64,000 nucleotides of DNA. Source: Octopus sinensis. Taxonomy: Eukaryota. Below the pieces are notes generated by a model that saw only the letters and a program-made list of their open reading frames with translations, did no database searches and was not told the origin of the DNA. Below, piece after piece: positions 36,071 through 49,575 of this stretch. The stretch lies in the NCBI RefSeq assembly GCF_006345805.1, contig NC_043002.1, positions 34,658,001 through 34,722,000 of the forward strand. The letters are read 5' to 3'. Positions within the stretch are counted from its first letter, which is position 1; the number at the start of each line of letters is the position of its first letter. The position numbers and the translations under genes were made by a program.

Positions 36071-38234
36071 AAATATAGAAATAATAAGTACATGATAGTT
36101 ACATTCTTGGTGGTTAGAAACTTAAGATATATTTTGAAATCAGAAAAATGTTCCAAGTTTGTAAAATTTTACCAGAAGTAAATATAATTGGAATAGAACT
36201 CGATACATCAGTGTTTGAATCTGGCTCATAATTTTTAAATATTGTTCTTAATCTTCCACAGTTTCTTTATAAATACCAAAACTGAAGAAAATGGCTTTCT
36301 AGAAGAAAACTTTAAATGCCATAATAAATTGCTACATTCTATTAGGTTAACCTTTTCAGTTTATTTAAATAACAAATGCTAATGATTAGAGAATTCCCCT
36401 TCACAAAGTTGCTATGTCTCCTGACATTCTGTTAAAGAGTGAATATACAACATTCCAAATGAGAATTCTTTAAATTACTTATAAAACAAGCTAAACTGAA
36501 AGTACAAATATCTAAATAATTATTGTCTTATTTATTGGTTTCAGTGCATTAGAAGCTTCATCAATAAACATTATTAAAAACTTTACATTGTAAGAAGCAA
36601 TGCTCCAACAGAGTCAGTAACTCTGATTCTCAACTATAGCCACTTCACTTCCACTATTAATACTTCAAGAAAAATCATGAACACCACAACTCCTATTTCC
36701 CCACTTCCTTGCAGTTAAAGTTGTTTATTTATAAGTATTTGATTACTCAAGATTTTTCATCTCATATATCAACATATTTAAGTAATACTGAAACCACATG
36801 CAAAATAAAGCTGCCATTTCACTGAATTACTCATAATCTAATATTTTATTTATCAGTCTTTGACAGAAAAGAATGTATGATCAATTGCAAAAGGTAAGAT
36901 GTTATTTTTCACTCCAAATACATATAAATATGATGCTATACCCACTGATGATATTCTGACTATATTGGCAAAGATTTAGGAATAAACAGTAACTATGGAA
37001 TTAATTGATATAAGGATGAGACAAGACTGCTTTGGTACCTAATAAATTCTAAGCATTATCTGTAATAAACATGTTTACATACCACAAGAAAAGACTTATG
37101 TAATGGTATTGGCACTTATTCCAATTAAAAGGAATTCCTTTCATATTCTCTAACAAGAAGTAATGTTTGTTTTGAAGGGAACATGTAACAAAATAATCCA
37201 AATTATCAATATATTCAAAGCATTCTCTTAAATTCTAGTTTCTATGTGAAGAATTCTTTCATGATTCCATGGCACCTCATTGACTTAGCATTATCATTTT
37301 CGCATTAAAATATTTTATATTTAATTAAAACTAACCCAATTCATTGAACTCCTCTTGCTGTAATTTATATATTGATTGAAGTTTTGGTTTCAAAGGAACA
37401 ACCGAAATCACTAATGTTTCCCAACCCATGTGACAGAACATGGTGTATTAGTGTATATACATCTATCGATCAAATCTTCATCTCTCTTTAGTTTGCCAGA
37501 CAGGTATCTAACAACTGATCTTTCCTGCTGTCCTTAACTACTGTAATTATCTTTTGTTACCCTACTAAACTTAACATATAACTCTTCCATCTGAAAATAG
37601 TTACCATTATATCTACAGATAGGTAGTAGCACATATTCAAACACATATGGCAGTATAGAAACAGCCTCGTGGTTAACAGTTTTTACCACTATTTATTCAA
37701 CATAATACACTTAATAACTCTCAATGGAAATACAGAAAAAAAAGTCTTGATCCTATCTGTAATTATATAAAATCAGAACAAACTGGTCTACTTCGTTACA
37801 CAAGTACAGCAGAGATAGTGAATAAAGAGCAAGCAGTCTTAAAAGACTTTTTTATCCTCCAGATTTCAAAATTTTATTTATAGAATGATTATTAGCTGAA
37901 CATAGCTTGTAGCAAACTCAGAAAAATGCAAGCCACATTAACAATATAACAAACATTAATTAACTCTAACAGATTAAAGATACTGAATGACTGTTCAATC
38001 TCTTGCAGCTAATAAAATTAATAGACAAACGAGTATTTTTTGAAATTTATCTGTTTGTCTGACAGTCATTTACAGAATTCCAATTTAATAATAATTCTAA
38101 GAGGTCAACTAATAGAAATTCTCCAGGAATTTCTCGAGACTTATTAAATGTAATTATAGAACATCAACTGACCCTAACAACCCAGAATATTATATCAAAT
38201 TGAGATTACACATATATATATATATATATATATC

Positions 38235-38460
38235 ATCATCATCATCATTTAGCATCCGCTTTCCATGCTAACATGGGTTGGACGGTTCAACTGGGGTCTG
38301 TGAAGCCAGAAGGCTGCATCAGGCCCAGTCTGATCTGGCAGTGTTTCTACGCCTGGATGCCCTTCCTAACGCCAACCACTCCATGAGTGTAGTGGGTGCT
38401 TTTTACTGCCATCCGCACAGGTGCCAGACGGAGCTGGCAAATGGCCACTGACGGATGGAG
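38235..38460 (-). mobile_element. RTE LINE 3'UTR
   Basis: (CAT)n ttagcatccgctttccatgctaacatgggttggacgg...ggatgcccttcctaacgccaaccactcc. Confidence 0.85.
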
Positions 38461-39849
38461 AGCAAGTAGCTCCAAATAACAACTGACATAAATCATGATG
38501 ATTTGCTCAAGCCATGCCAGAATAGAAATTTAATATTTGATAGCAATGGTTTATAGCCTCATCAAAAGAGGCAATTAAAAGGACTTATGGATATGACTAT
38601 AAAAGACTTAAAAAGTTCCCTCTACCCCATGTCAGGAGTGCATGTGCATCAACAATGATGATGATTTTTATGCTTACACACACACACATTTATCTTTAAG
38701 ACACACTCAATACACTTTGTAAAGTGGTCTGTGATAACAAGTGCATTCAGCTATAGAAACTAAACCAAAATAAGACCGACAAGAACCAGTTTAATAGAGG
38801 AGTGGCTTCCAATAAAAGCTAACATGGACTGTGACAATCCATCCAACCCATGCCACCATGGAAAGTGAACATAACAATGATGATAGTGGAAGAGGAGAAG
38901 CTACAATTAAATTATAGAACATTTGTAGTGAAGAGGGCAATAAGGACGGTATGAAATGACAATTGACAGCTGAAATTAAAGGATATGTAATGGTTTGATG
39001 GTGCAATATATGTAATGGTATGACAGGAGGTAGCATATATAACAGAGCATACAGAATATTTCCATTTAATTGATTGAATCAATCCCTTTAACTACTTGTA
39101 TTTAATTAGTGGTTAATACCTTAAACTATAAATAATCACATAAAATGCCATACAACTGTAGAACTATTTAGTTTAATATATGCAAATATATTTATGATTC
39201 AAACAATTTAAAGTTGCCATAGGATAATTTTTCAGCAATGAGTTGTAAAGGAAAATGGATTGATAATGGAGTACAATTTCAAAAACTTCTAGTATGACAA
39301 TACTTACAATACATTTAAAATATATAACCTTTAATACATTTCATTAATTAGATAAGTACAAGTGGTTATAACTTAATCACTGTCTTAATGGATAATGATA
39401 TTTGCATATTAAGGAAAGCAAAATGCAATTGTTAGTCAGATTACTTGACTGATGTTTTTGAAGGTGATCAGATTACTTGACTAGTGTGTTTACCAGCGGT
39501 TAGATAAAAATAATAATAAAAATACCCAAGATATCTAGTTTTATAATGAAATATTTGGTTAAACAACCTCTGACAACTGAAATTTACAGTGAATATTTTA
39601 AGAACTGGACAACAATTACAACTAACAAGAATGAAACACATACCAGGCAACACATCTGTGATGAAAAATTATTTTCAAAATAACTAATAATTAATTTACC
39701 AATAAAATGAGAAATATTTACATGTATGTTGGAATGATTTAATCTGGTTTTTATTGGCACAATATTTTCAGGCAACAAAGTATGAAGACATAACCAAGTG
39801 GTACATATGACAGAATAACAGTGTTACAACTACATATTCTATCTTCTTT

Positions 39850-40040
39850 TTTTTTCATCTTTTTACTTGTTTTGGTTATTGGACTGCAGCCATGAAGGAT
39901 TTAGTCAAACAAATTGACCCAATTTTTTTTTAAGGCTGGTACTTGTTCTCAGTCTCTTTTGTCTAACCACTACATTACAAAAATGTCTACAAACCAACAC
40001 TGACAGTCAAGCAGTGATGGGGGACAAACACACTTTCACA
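39850..40040 (-). mobile_element. SINE family A, 3' half
   Basis: ttttacttgttttggttattggactgcagccatg...gtacttgttctcagtctctttt...gtcaagcagtgatgggggacaaacac. Confidence 0.75.
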
Positions 40041-40139
40041 CATATTCATATACACATATACCTGACAGTTTATATATATATATATACACACACATACTCA
40101 ACAGACATATATACATATATATATATATACCTAACAGGC

Positions 40140-40330
40140 TCAACCCACAAAAAATAGCAACCAAATCTCTCTCAAATCACACACTATCATCACTAGAAAG
40201 TAAGTCATATTGGATAATGTAGACCCTGATATACTATTTGAGAAAGAAAAAAAAGATAGGGCACCATAGTTGCAATGCCTTTGATCATAGGTCTGCATCA
40301 CAAAGGCCAGTTTGAGGCTAAACAACAACA
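40140..40330 (+). mobile_element. Repeat family E
   Basis: aaatagcaaccaaatctctctcaaatcacac...cattggataatgtagaccctg...gcctttgatcataggtctgc...gctaaacaacaac. Confidence 0.7.
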
Positions 40331-40839
40331 CTGGCTACACCAGTTCCTAAATAGAAAAGCCATCTGCCCAGTCAAGATAACAATCCATGAAAATTTAGAT
40401 TAAGTAAAAAGAAAGAAGATAAAATCAAGTAAAGAAGTTCATTAAAAAAGTGATGTCAACCTAAATGAGAGCACTCCAGCAAATAGGAGACATTTAAAAT
40501 ATACAGAAATAGTTACTAGTTGCCTTTGGAAGCACAACTCCTTCATTATAGCATCAAATGGCAGACAAAAGGAAGCTTATACTCTTCTTGATAGTGACAT
40601 CAGGAAAGTGTTGTAAGTAATTCCAAAAATACTGGCAAACAGAACAACCTCTTTAAAACAAAGTAGTTCTTTATATTTATAACTGCAGACAGTAAGTACT
40701 TGAATCAGAGACTATTAATGCTACAAACTGCTATTAAGGCAGCAAAGTACAGCTGAAATCATCTACTATATTACTATGATGACAAAACAAAAATAAGTTG
40801 ATTTTAATTATGTTTTAAAGTGTAGTAGCTAGCAGAAAT

Positions 40840-41040
40840 AATACAGCATTGGACAAAAGACTTTACAGTTTTCAATTCATGTTGCTTTACACAGTGAGTT
40901 CAAACCCTGCAAATATCAGCTTTTGTTTCTCATCCTTCAGAAATCAATTTTATAAAAGAATTGGTACTAGACAAAAATTGGGGCCAAGATAATAAACTGC
41001 CCTTCCTAAAACACAGGCCTTGTGCACATGTCAAAAATCA
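40840..41040 (+). mobile_element. SINE family B (diverged)
   Basis: gtgagttcaaaccctgcaaatatcagcttttgtttctcatccttcag...acaggccttgtgcacatgtcaaaaatc. Confidence 0.6.
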
Positions 41041-42309
41041 ATAATTAAATTTTAAGATGGTTTGAGGTAAAATTTCATTGTATTACCAATTATAGAAAAT
41101 GAAATTATTAAGAAAACATCATTGTGGATCTATATTATTTTAAGGGACACCAAAATGGGAATCTATACACTAATAGAGTCACTGAAATTTATCATAAAGT
41201 CTTGTTTATCCCTAGAAGTCAGAATTTGGTGACTACAATCATAAATATTTTAAAGTTATCAGTTATAAGTTAATCCATTTTAGAGATATAACTGAAATAT
41301 ATGATATTTCAAAACAATGGCAATATCCAGCTTCAAATCTAAATATAAGATACATAAAAGCTTCTATTATTTCATATATATCTGGTTAATTAAAGAAGCT
41401 GTGGGCAAAAATCATAGAAACAAACCCAAAATATCATTTCATTTGATATTTTTTTCATATTATTACAATTACCACGGGAAACTGTAAACATGATGTCAAG
41501 AAATAACAGATATCTTTCATATTATGGTCACAAAAGAATGAAAGAAGACTTTTATACACAGGATATTAACAATATGACAAGTTATGAATAGAAGAAAACA
41601 ATGCGCAAAACAACAAAAGGAGAATACGGTAGAAATTATACCTTCATTCCACTAGAAACAGCTGCTCAGTTGATAGATATGCTATATTCAGTGTAATAAT
41701 CACAGATTTATACTGTTATCAAGCTCAAATCCAGATTGGTTTCATTAATATTACTGAAATACAACTAGACTGCGATGGGGCCTACCAAAAGTTTACTGAT
41801 GGACAGCAGTAGCTGTGTGTGCGTCAATGCTCACCTAATATCATAAGTTTTATGTAAAAAAATAAATACACACAATCTGACATCACTCAAAAACTAAATA
41901 TAAAACAGAATAAATAACCAATTAAAACACCAGACTGCCCATGACAACAACAACAACAACAAGCAGGCATCTCTTGTAGACCTTTCGAACTATTACACAC
42001 CACTTGCATCAACAATGCCATCATTAGTGTCAAATTATGGCACTTAACTTTAAGTGAAAAATAATATAGAAGAGGTGTCAGAGGGTACTAATTGCAAAAA
42101 TACCTCTCAGCATTCAAAACAATGCAAACCACATCAGCTTTTTTTTTTTTCCTCTGTTTTAATTTTACTCAGAGATTACAGCAATCATTAACCTTTTAAA
42201 CTTCAATAACCACTTTGATGATGATGATAGTAATCAGTATGATAATGACTGTCACTACACTTATGAACATCATAAAGGTTTTAGGTAAACTACCTTGGCT
42301 TTTAAAAAC

Positions 42310-42790
42310 CAGGTGTCAGTAGTGCATCCCCAAAGTCAGACGTCAATGTCCTCAAAGCCAAATGACACTGCTGCATCCTCAGTCAGGTGACACCACTGCT
42401 TCTTTAAAGCCAGTGTCAGTAACCTCAAAGTCAATGACACTGCACTGTCCTCAAAGTCAGCTTTGTTGTTGTATCCTCGAAGTCAGGTGACACTGTGTCC
42501 TCAAATTAAGGTGACACAGCCGTGTCCTCAAAGTAACATGACACTTGTGTCCTCTAAGTGACACTGTTTATGCTCTCAAAATCAGATGTCATTACTGCAC
42601 CTTCAAAATTAGGTATCTTCAAAATCAGACGACACTGATGCACGAAAGCCAGGTGTCAATTCCTTAAAGTCACATGACTGTTGCATCTTCAAAGTCAGAT
42701 GTCACTGTTGCATTCTTAAAGGCAGGTATCACTGTCGCATCTTCAAAGACAGGTGTCACTGTTGTATTCTCCATGTCAGGTGTCAATATT
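42310..42790. repeat. Degenerate ~25-28 bp minisatellite
   Basis: Recurring tcctcaaagtcaggtgacactg / cttcaaagtcagatgtcactgttgca units. Confidence 0.85.
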
Positions 42791-42999
42791 CCCAAAGCTG
42801 ATATTCCCAAAGGTAATAGTGATGTGTCCACAAGAGTAAAATTTATCTGTTAACCATCGGTAACATTACAGTCAAATTGTACTACATAAGATCTTCTTCA
42901 ATTGAAAAATCTTTTTATTGGAATGAAATTATTGTAAATACCAACTTATAATCACAATCAATTTGTGATTATGGTTACATGGCTAAGAATTTTGCTTCA

Positions 43000-43129
43000 T
43001 AATGATGTGATTCCTAGTTCAATCCTACTCCATAGCACCTTGGACAAGAGTTTTATATGGTAACCTTGAAATGACCAATGCTTGAGTGGAATTTGGAAGA
43101 CAAACTGCAGAAACCTGTCATATGTGTAT

Positions 43130-43130
<1 letters not shown>
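43000..43130 (+). mobile_element. SINE family A/D head
   Basis: ggttacatggctaagaattttgcttc...ttcaatcctactccatagcaccttggacaag...gagtggaatttggaagacaaactgcagaaacc. Confidence 0.6.
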
Positions 43131-43174
<44 letters not shown>

Positions 43175-43771
43175 GTTTATGTTCACCAGTATAAACCAGT
43201 TTGTAAAAGATGTGACCTTTTATGTCCAAAATATAATTAAACAATCATTAAATAGAAATCAGTATATTGAGGAACCAGACTAAAATAATTACAGAGGTCA
43301 ATATAATGAACTTTAAATTAGTGTCCCAGTAATATAATGAACTTTAAATCCATGTCCCACCATGGCTGCATTCTATGGTTGCTGACCTAGGCCTAAACAA
43401 CAACAAAAATGTTGAGATTGGGCTTTTAATGATTGAAGATCACCAAACAAATATTTAGTTAACTTTCAGTAAATGTTTGACAAATGTTATTGATATAACA
43501 CTAATTAATAAATCTAAATAATTACAAACCAAATCAATAATGTTTAACAATATATAATTTCTCTTAAAATTTGAAATATTAGAAATATCACAATTTTTTT
43601 CTTCAACAAGAAAATATAAATAAATATATGAAGGAAAGAGATGTTAAAACATTTCACTCTGAGAATGAAGGGATATTTTATTTCCAATATACTCCACCAT
43701 CAATCAATAATCTACAGACACTTCTGAAAACTATTCCAATAATTGTAATAATTAAACATCCACTTATCAGT

Positions 43772-45774
43772 AAAATACTACCAACCACCCTCTCTGCTTG
43801 AATTTATCTTTCCTTTCATCATGTACAACAGCCACTACTCTCTATCTGATAATATTCATCCATTTCTACAAAGGTTCTCAACAAGTTATAACATAATTGG
43901 AAAAGGAAATCTGTGTTGAGTTCCTACTGGCCAGTCTGTTTGATCAAAGCTGGCCTGGGGCTTCCCAGAAACTATTGTATACTGTTGTCTATACATCAAT
44001 ATGACAATACATATGGTATATCATGTAGTTTTAAGACAACACAGAGATCAGGGCTGGTATTTGTTGTGTGGTTTCTAATATAGGACAAATTTTATATGCA
44101 TGACCTCTTTGATTTAGAATTTAAATTTGAAAATCTCTCTCTCTCTCTCTCTCCACTTCTAATTGTTTTAGTGTTTTCTGAGAATGTAGGTCAGTGCCCA
44201 TAGATTGAAAAAGAGATAATTAGGTGATATTTAATATAAGTAATTTAAGGGGAAATTGAGAATAGTGACAGAGTTTTAGGGCAAGAGATATAAAGATGAG
44301 AATCAAGTGTGTCAAGTGAGTTTAGAAAGAGGCAATATAAAATAAAACAGAAGGAGAAAAAGCCCTCCATTTTGACTTTTACATTTTGGGATCTGGTCAT
44401 TAATATTCTACCTCAGTATAGCAATATAGATTGTAAAACACACATCATTGCTAATCCTGATTATTTAGAAGAACTCAAGAAAATAATCAACCAACAAAGG
44501 AAAGTAGACTGACCCTGATAGAAACCAAGCCTGATGTTTTATAATGAATTTCAATTTTTTCTTTGTAAACTCCACCCTTTTCATCATCATTTCCATTCTA
44601 TTAGCAATGTTGGTAAAGCCTGGACAGGTCAGTAAGATGGCCTCTTTCAAACTGTCTATTACTGGTCATTGATTCCCTTAGCCTCAACTCCCTTAAATCC
44701 TCATCATCTCATTCTAAATCACCTATTTTATTATATTTATGTAATTTCTATACACAACCCACAAAAAACTCACAAAATCTCCCATTTTAGCCACATATGA
44801 AACCCATATTCTAACCAAAAGGTTCATATAACTTGGCCTTTTTTTAATATTCATAAAAAAAAAAAAAATCGTGCAAACCATGCTGAAATGAAAAGGAAAA
44901 TTGTTACAACCAGATAAAATCGTTTAATGATGAGGAGATATATAATATTGAAGAAAGTGTAAATCATAGTGCATCGATGGAGAAAATACTACCAGTCACC
45001 CTATCTGCTTGAATTTATCTTTCCTTTCAATACATATAACAGTCACTACTCTCTATCTGATAGATTCATCCATTTCTACAAGGGTTCTCAACAAATCATG
45101 ATCATCATCATCATCGTTTAACGTCCGTTCTCCATGCTAGCATGGGTTGGACGGTTTGACCGGGTTTCTGGGAAGCCAGAAGGCTGCACCAGGCTCCAGT
45201 CTGATCTGGCAGTGTTTCTACAGCTGGATGCCCTTCCTAATGCCAACCACTCTGTGAGTGTAGTGGGTGCTTTTTACGTGCCACCTGCACAGGTGCCAGG
45301 CGAGGCTGGCAACGGCCACGATCGGATTGACGCATTTTACGTGCCACCGGCACGGAAGCCAGTCAAGGTGGTGCTGGCATCGGCCATGATTCGGATGGTG
45401 CTTTTTATGTGCCACCGGCACGGAAGCCAGTCAAGGCAGCACTGGCATCGGCCACAATTCGGATAGTGCTTTTTACATTCCACTGGCACGGAAGCCAATC
45501 TAGGCGGCGCTGGCATCGGTCACGTTCAGATGGTGCTTTTTACGTGCCACCGGCTCAGGGGTCACAACTGCAGTTTCCATTGATTTTGAAGTTGGTGTAC
45601 TTGACTCAATGGATTTCCTCAAGCACAGGGTCGAAATGGTGTTTCTTCACTTGCCACCTGCACATGATATAACTGGAAAAAGAGATCCGTGGATCATAAC
45701 TAGTTAACTTCTACTGGCCAAAGTCTATTTGTTCAAAGCTGGCCTGGGGTTTCCCAGCAACTATTGTATACTGT
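43772..45774 (+). repeat. Direct repeat pair (~215 bp): 43772-43985 and 44983-45774, the latter interrupted by an RTE insertion
   Basis: aaaatactacc...ctgcttgaatttatctttcctttca...catccatttctacaa.ggttctcaacaa | ...caaagctggcctgggg.ttcccag.aactattgtatactgt is present in both. Confidence 0.85.
45103..45662 (-). mobile_element. RTE LINE 3'UTR with ~4.3 tandem ~67-bp repeats
   Basis: (CAT)n tail; units ttttacgtgccaccggcacggaagccagtcaagg...atcggccacgattcggatggtgc at ~45270-45555; possible TSD catgat at 45097-45102 and 45663-45668. Confidence 0.85.
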
Positions 45775-46501
45775 CTCATCACATAATAATGTATACAGCT
45801 TTAGCTCTAAATCCAATCCAATACCAATTCTACTGACTGTTTAGTAAGGTAGCCCTAATACACAGAATCGTTTAAAACCACCACTTAGCTCTTGACTGTC
45901 TTTGATAGGGTTCAAATTGCTGCAATCATTAAACCCACAATTCACTCTCTGCCAGCATTTTTCCAGCAAATGTTCAGGCTGTACATCAGCTGTACCAACC
46001 TCAACAATTAGAAAATGCCTGCAAAGGTTATGAATACTGACCCTCCTCTTATATATGAAAAAAAAATTAGAGATATATGAACTAAAAACTTCATGTCTAT
46101 TAGTGAATGACACTACAGCTTTTATCAGTTTCTAACTATTCTTGACACTACGCCAAATACTGAGGTTTAGAAATAAATATAAAATAGTTAAAAAACACTA
46201 ATATTAATAATAGAAAAATTATGTTTACTTAACTAAACATAAACCATTTGCAACATGGTAAACACATAAAATCAAAAGAAAAGAAAAAAAAATTACTTTT
46301 AAATGTTTATTTGTAAACGTTTTACTCCAACTTACACACACTTTTGAAAACAAACATAACATTATTATGAAAACCGTTTATTCTTTTAAAATCTGATGCA
46401 ATGTAAGGCAAGCTGCATCACCTACAGCTACAGCCATGTGTTAACTATTTCCTATATATATAACAACGTAACATGAATCTATCATATGCAATAGTATACT
46501 G

Positions 46502-48612
46502 CAGTGATTTACAACGTGGTCCCTAGAGAATTTCTCGTGTTCCCCAGAGAATTCATAGCCATAAAAAAATTGAAACCATTTCAGATCTACACAATATTGT
46601 TCGATAATAAAGACACTGTTAGTTAATAATAACTTATATGAAGACAGAATAATAAAAAGAAAACAAAATTCAATAATTATTACATAAGAATCAATAATGT
46701 ATAATATATAATCAATATTATATTACAAGCAAGAATTACATAATTTAAATTTTACAATCATAACAGCTTCATAATAAATTTGATACTTTTAAATTATAGA
46801 AATAAAGTATTTATTATTTTATCGAAATAAAGTATTTGTTTCTTTCATTTTTTTTAGGATCAGTTGTAATAATGTCTGAACCATCTGCTAAAAAGGCAAA
46901 ACTGAGGAACTACAAAGATTTTATCATGTTTGGTTTTGTAAACTCAAAACTATGTGTCTTGAATGTGATGCCATTCTGACAAATCATTCCATGAAGAAAG
47001 TTAAGCTGGAACAGCACCAGAAATTAAGGCATCCAACATCTGTTGGTAAAGGTAGGGAATATTTTGAGAATAAAAAGAAGATACAGCCAATCAAACTACC
47101 CGACTTTGTAAAGAAGATAAATACTGAAAAAGCAAAGACACTGAAACCAAGTTATTTGGTCTCTGAAATTATTGCCTAAGTTGCAGCACCTCAGATTTAT
47201 GGTGAGAAACTTGTCAAGCCTGCTATGATAGCTTGTGTAAATAAGGTTCTGGGAAAAGATGCTACATCTACTCTGAGTACAATTCCACTTTCAAATAACA
47301 CAATTACAAGAAGACAGGATGAAATGTCTAAATTTGTTGAGAAGATTATGGAAATTCTCCAAAAGACAAATTTTCATATCCAGGTTGATGATAGCACAAG
47401 TTGCAGCACCTCAGATTTATGGTGAGAAACTTGTCAAGCCTGCTATGATAAGCTTGTGTAAATAAGGTTCTGGGAAAAGATGCTACATCTACTCTGAGTA
47501 CAATTCCACTTTCAAATAACACAATTACAAGAAGACAGGATGAAATGTCTAAATTTGTTGAGAAGATTATGGAAATTCTCCAAAAGACAAATTTTCATAT
47601 CCAGGTTGATGATAGCACAATTCATAACCAAGTTATCCTTCTGGTCTATCTCAGATTCATCCATGAAGATGATATAAGAGAAGAAATGTTACTCATTAAA
47701 AGTTTGTCAGAAACTACTAATGCAGAAGATAAATTTCAATGAAGTAATGCAGTATTTTAATGATAAAAATATTCCATTGACTAATTTGATCAACATTGCA
47801 TCAGATTGAGCTGCAAACCTGACTGGAAAAGTGAAAGGCTTTGTTTCTAGAATGAAATCAGCTGCTCCTAACATTTTTTTTACATACATTGCATTTAGTT
47901 GCTAAGAATATTGGAGGACACATGGAAGAAGCACTCAACATTGCTATATATGCAATTAACTCTGTCAAATCAAACTCAGTGAATAATAGATTTTTTATGC
48001 AATTCTATGAAGATGAAGATTTTAAAACCCTATTGCTTCACACCGAAGTAAGATGGTTGTCAAAAGGCTCAAGCCTTGAAAGGCTCATAAATTTGTGGGA
48101 ACCATTAATCAACTCTCTCATGTTCAAGAGTCAGATGACTCACTACAACTCCAAAAAGCAAGCTGATACAGCTAAGAAAATTTTGGAAAGACTTTCTGAG
48201 TTTAAATCAAAAATATTCTACAGTGAATCTGCTTAACTTAGAGCAGCAAGGTAGAAAATCAGATTTGGTCACCTGCTCTCAGAAGATAAAAGGGTATATG
48301 GGGAAATCAAAATTTTGGAAAAAATAGTTTGAAAAAAAAAATTTGGCATCATTTCAAAATTTTAACACCACTGTTCCTGCATCATGAAAAATGATTTTGA
48401 TATCTTGTGTTTATCTTTGTTCACTAAAATAAATTTTAAATTTGATCTTTTGTTTACTAAAATATATTTTAAAGTGTTAATAGACTATTTTGTCTTTTCA
48501 TTAAGTATTTTGGTGTGAAAATAGAACAGCATAAAGTAAAAGTAGAAGTGGTCCCTAGAAATTTTTTCAAGTAAAAAATGGCCGCTGGACTGAAAAAGGT
48601 TGGGAACCACTG
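46502..48612 (+). mobile_element. hAT (Buster/Charlie-type) DNA transposon with both ends
   Basis: TIRs cagtgatttacaacgt (46502-46517) and aggttgggaaccactg (48597-48612); 8-bp TSD gtatactg / gtatattg with central TA; subterminal gtggtccctaga at both ends. Confidence 0.9.
46872..48380 (+). pseudogene. hAT transposase (ZBED5/SCAND3/FAM200-like family), disrupted
   Basis: MCLECDAILTNHSMKKVKLEQHQKLRHP (BED finger), IPLSNNTITRRQDEMS, FHIQVDDST, FKTLLLHTEVRWLSKGSSLERL; in-frame stops, frameshifts and a 220-bp duplication. Confidence 0.9.
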
Positions 48613-49177
48613 GTATATTGCACCTTAAAACATGACATTTACTTAAAAGAAAAAAACATTAATAAAAGCAGGAACCAGTAGAAATATTATTCCAATTTAA
48701 GAAAATCAACAATATTCCACTATCAATAACCAACTATAAAATGTATTGGCTGTAGCAATTTCAGTTGAAATATACAGATGAACTGAGTACTAAAGAGTGG
48801 AGGGAAAAACACAGAGCAGATATTAACACAGATCAAAGGGGTTAGCAACAAATAGTAGTTTTTTTAAGCACAAACACTAAGGAAGGGCAATATAGAACAG
48901 GGATATCCTTAAGTTCATTACCGAAAACTGATTCCTTACATTTTGTACTAGTGTACAATAGCTTTCGTTGATATGTTAACAACTTTGCAGTCATCAACTT
49001 CTATCATGGAAATAGTAGATTTCTTTTTATTTAAAGTTTCTCCTCTACAAATGTCAATACTAACAACATAATGTCATCTCTTTGCTTATCACAAAAAATG
49101 TTTCCATATCTCTGACTCATACCTATAGAATTATTGACAATAAACCACAATATGTTCAGGAACTTCTTTATCAGTCT

Positions 49178-49218
<41 letters not shown>

Positions 49219-49533
49219 AGTTACCTTACTGCACCAGAATACATAACAGAACTTTACTACCAACACACAAGCATTTTTTTCCTTTATTTTTGACAAAACA
49301 GTCACAGCTGGAATGTCTAGAACTGACCTGGGAGCTAGATAACAATATAGCAGCATCTTCTATGAATTCAAATAACTATTAAGATGTTCAATACATGTAC
49401 AACAAGAACTATGGGCTTATCTTTTTGACTGTACAAGCTCCCATGAAATTTCAAATAATATAATATTCTAATGAAAAGAAATCAATGCTTTAGTTCTTAA
49501 TTGTTCTGCTATGGGTGTTTAAATTATTTCAGT

Positions 49534-49575
49534 AGAAGAATGTTAAGGTGAATTCTGAGACCTTAACATTCTTCT
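49534..49575. other. Perfect 16-bp inverted repeat with 10-nt loop
   Basis: agaagaatgttaaggt-gaattctgag-accttaacattcttct. Confidence 0.9.

Noticed and set aside
41642-41753. Minus-strand exon candidate (ttgtatttcag ... gtataa)
   Set aside because: Stop codons in all three frames.
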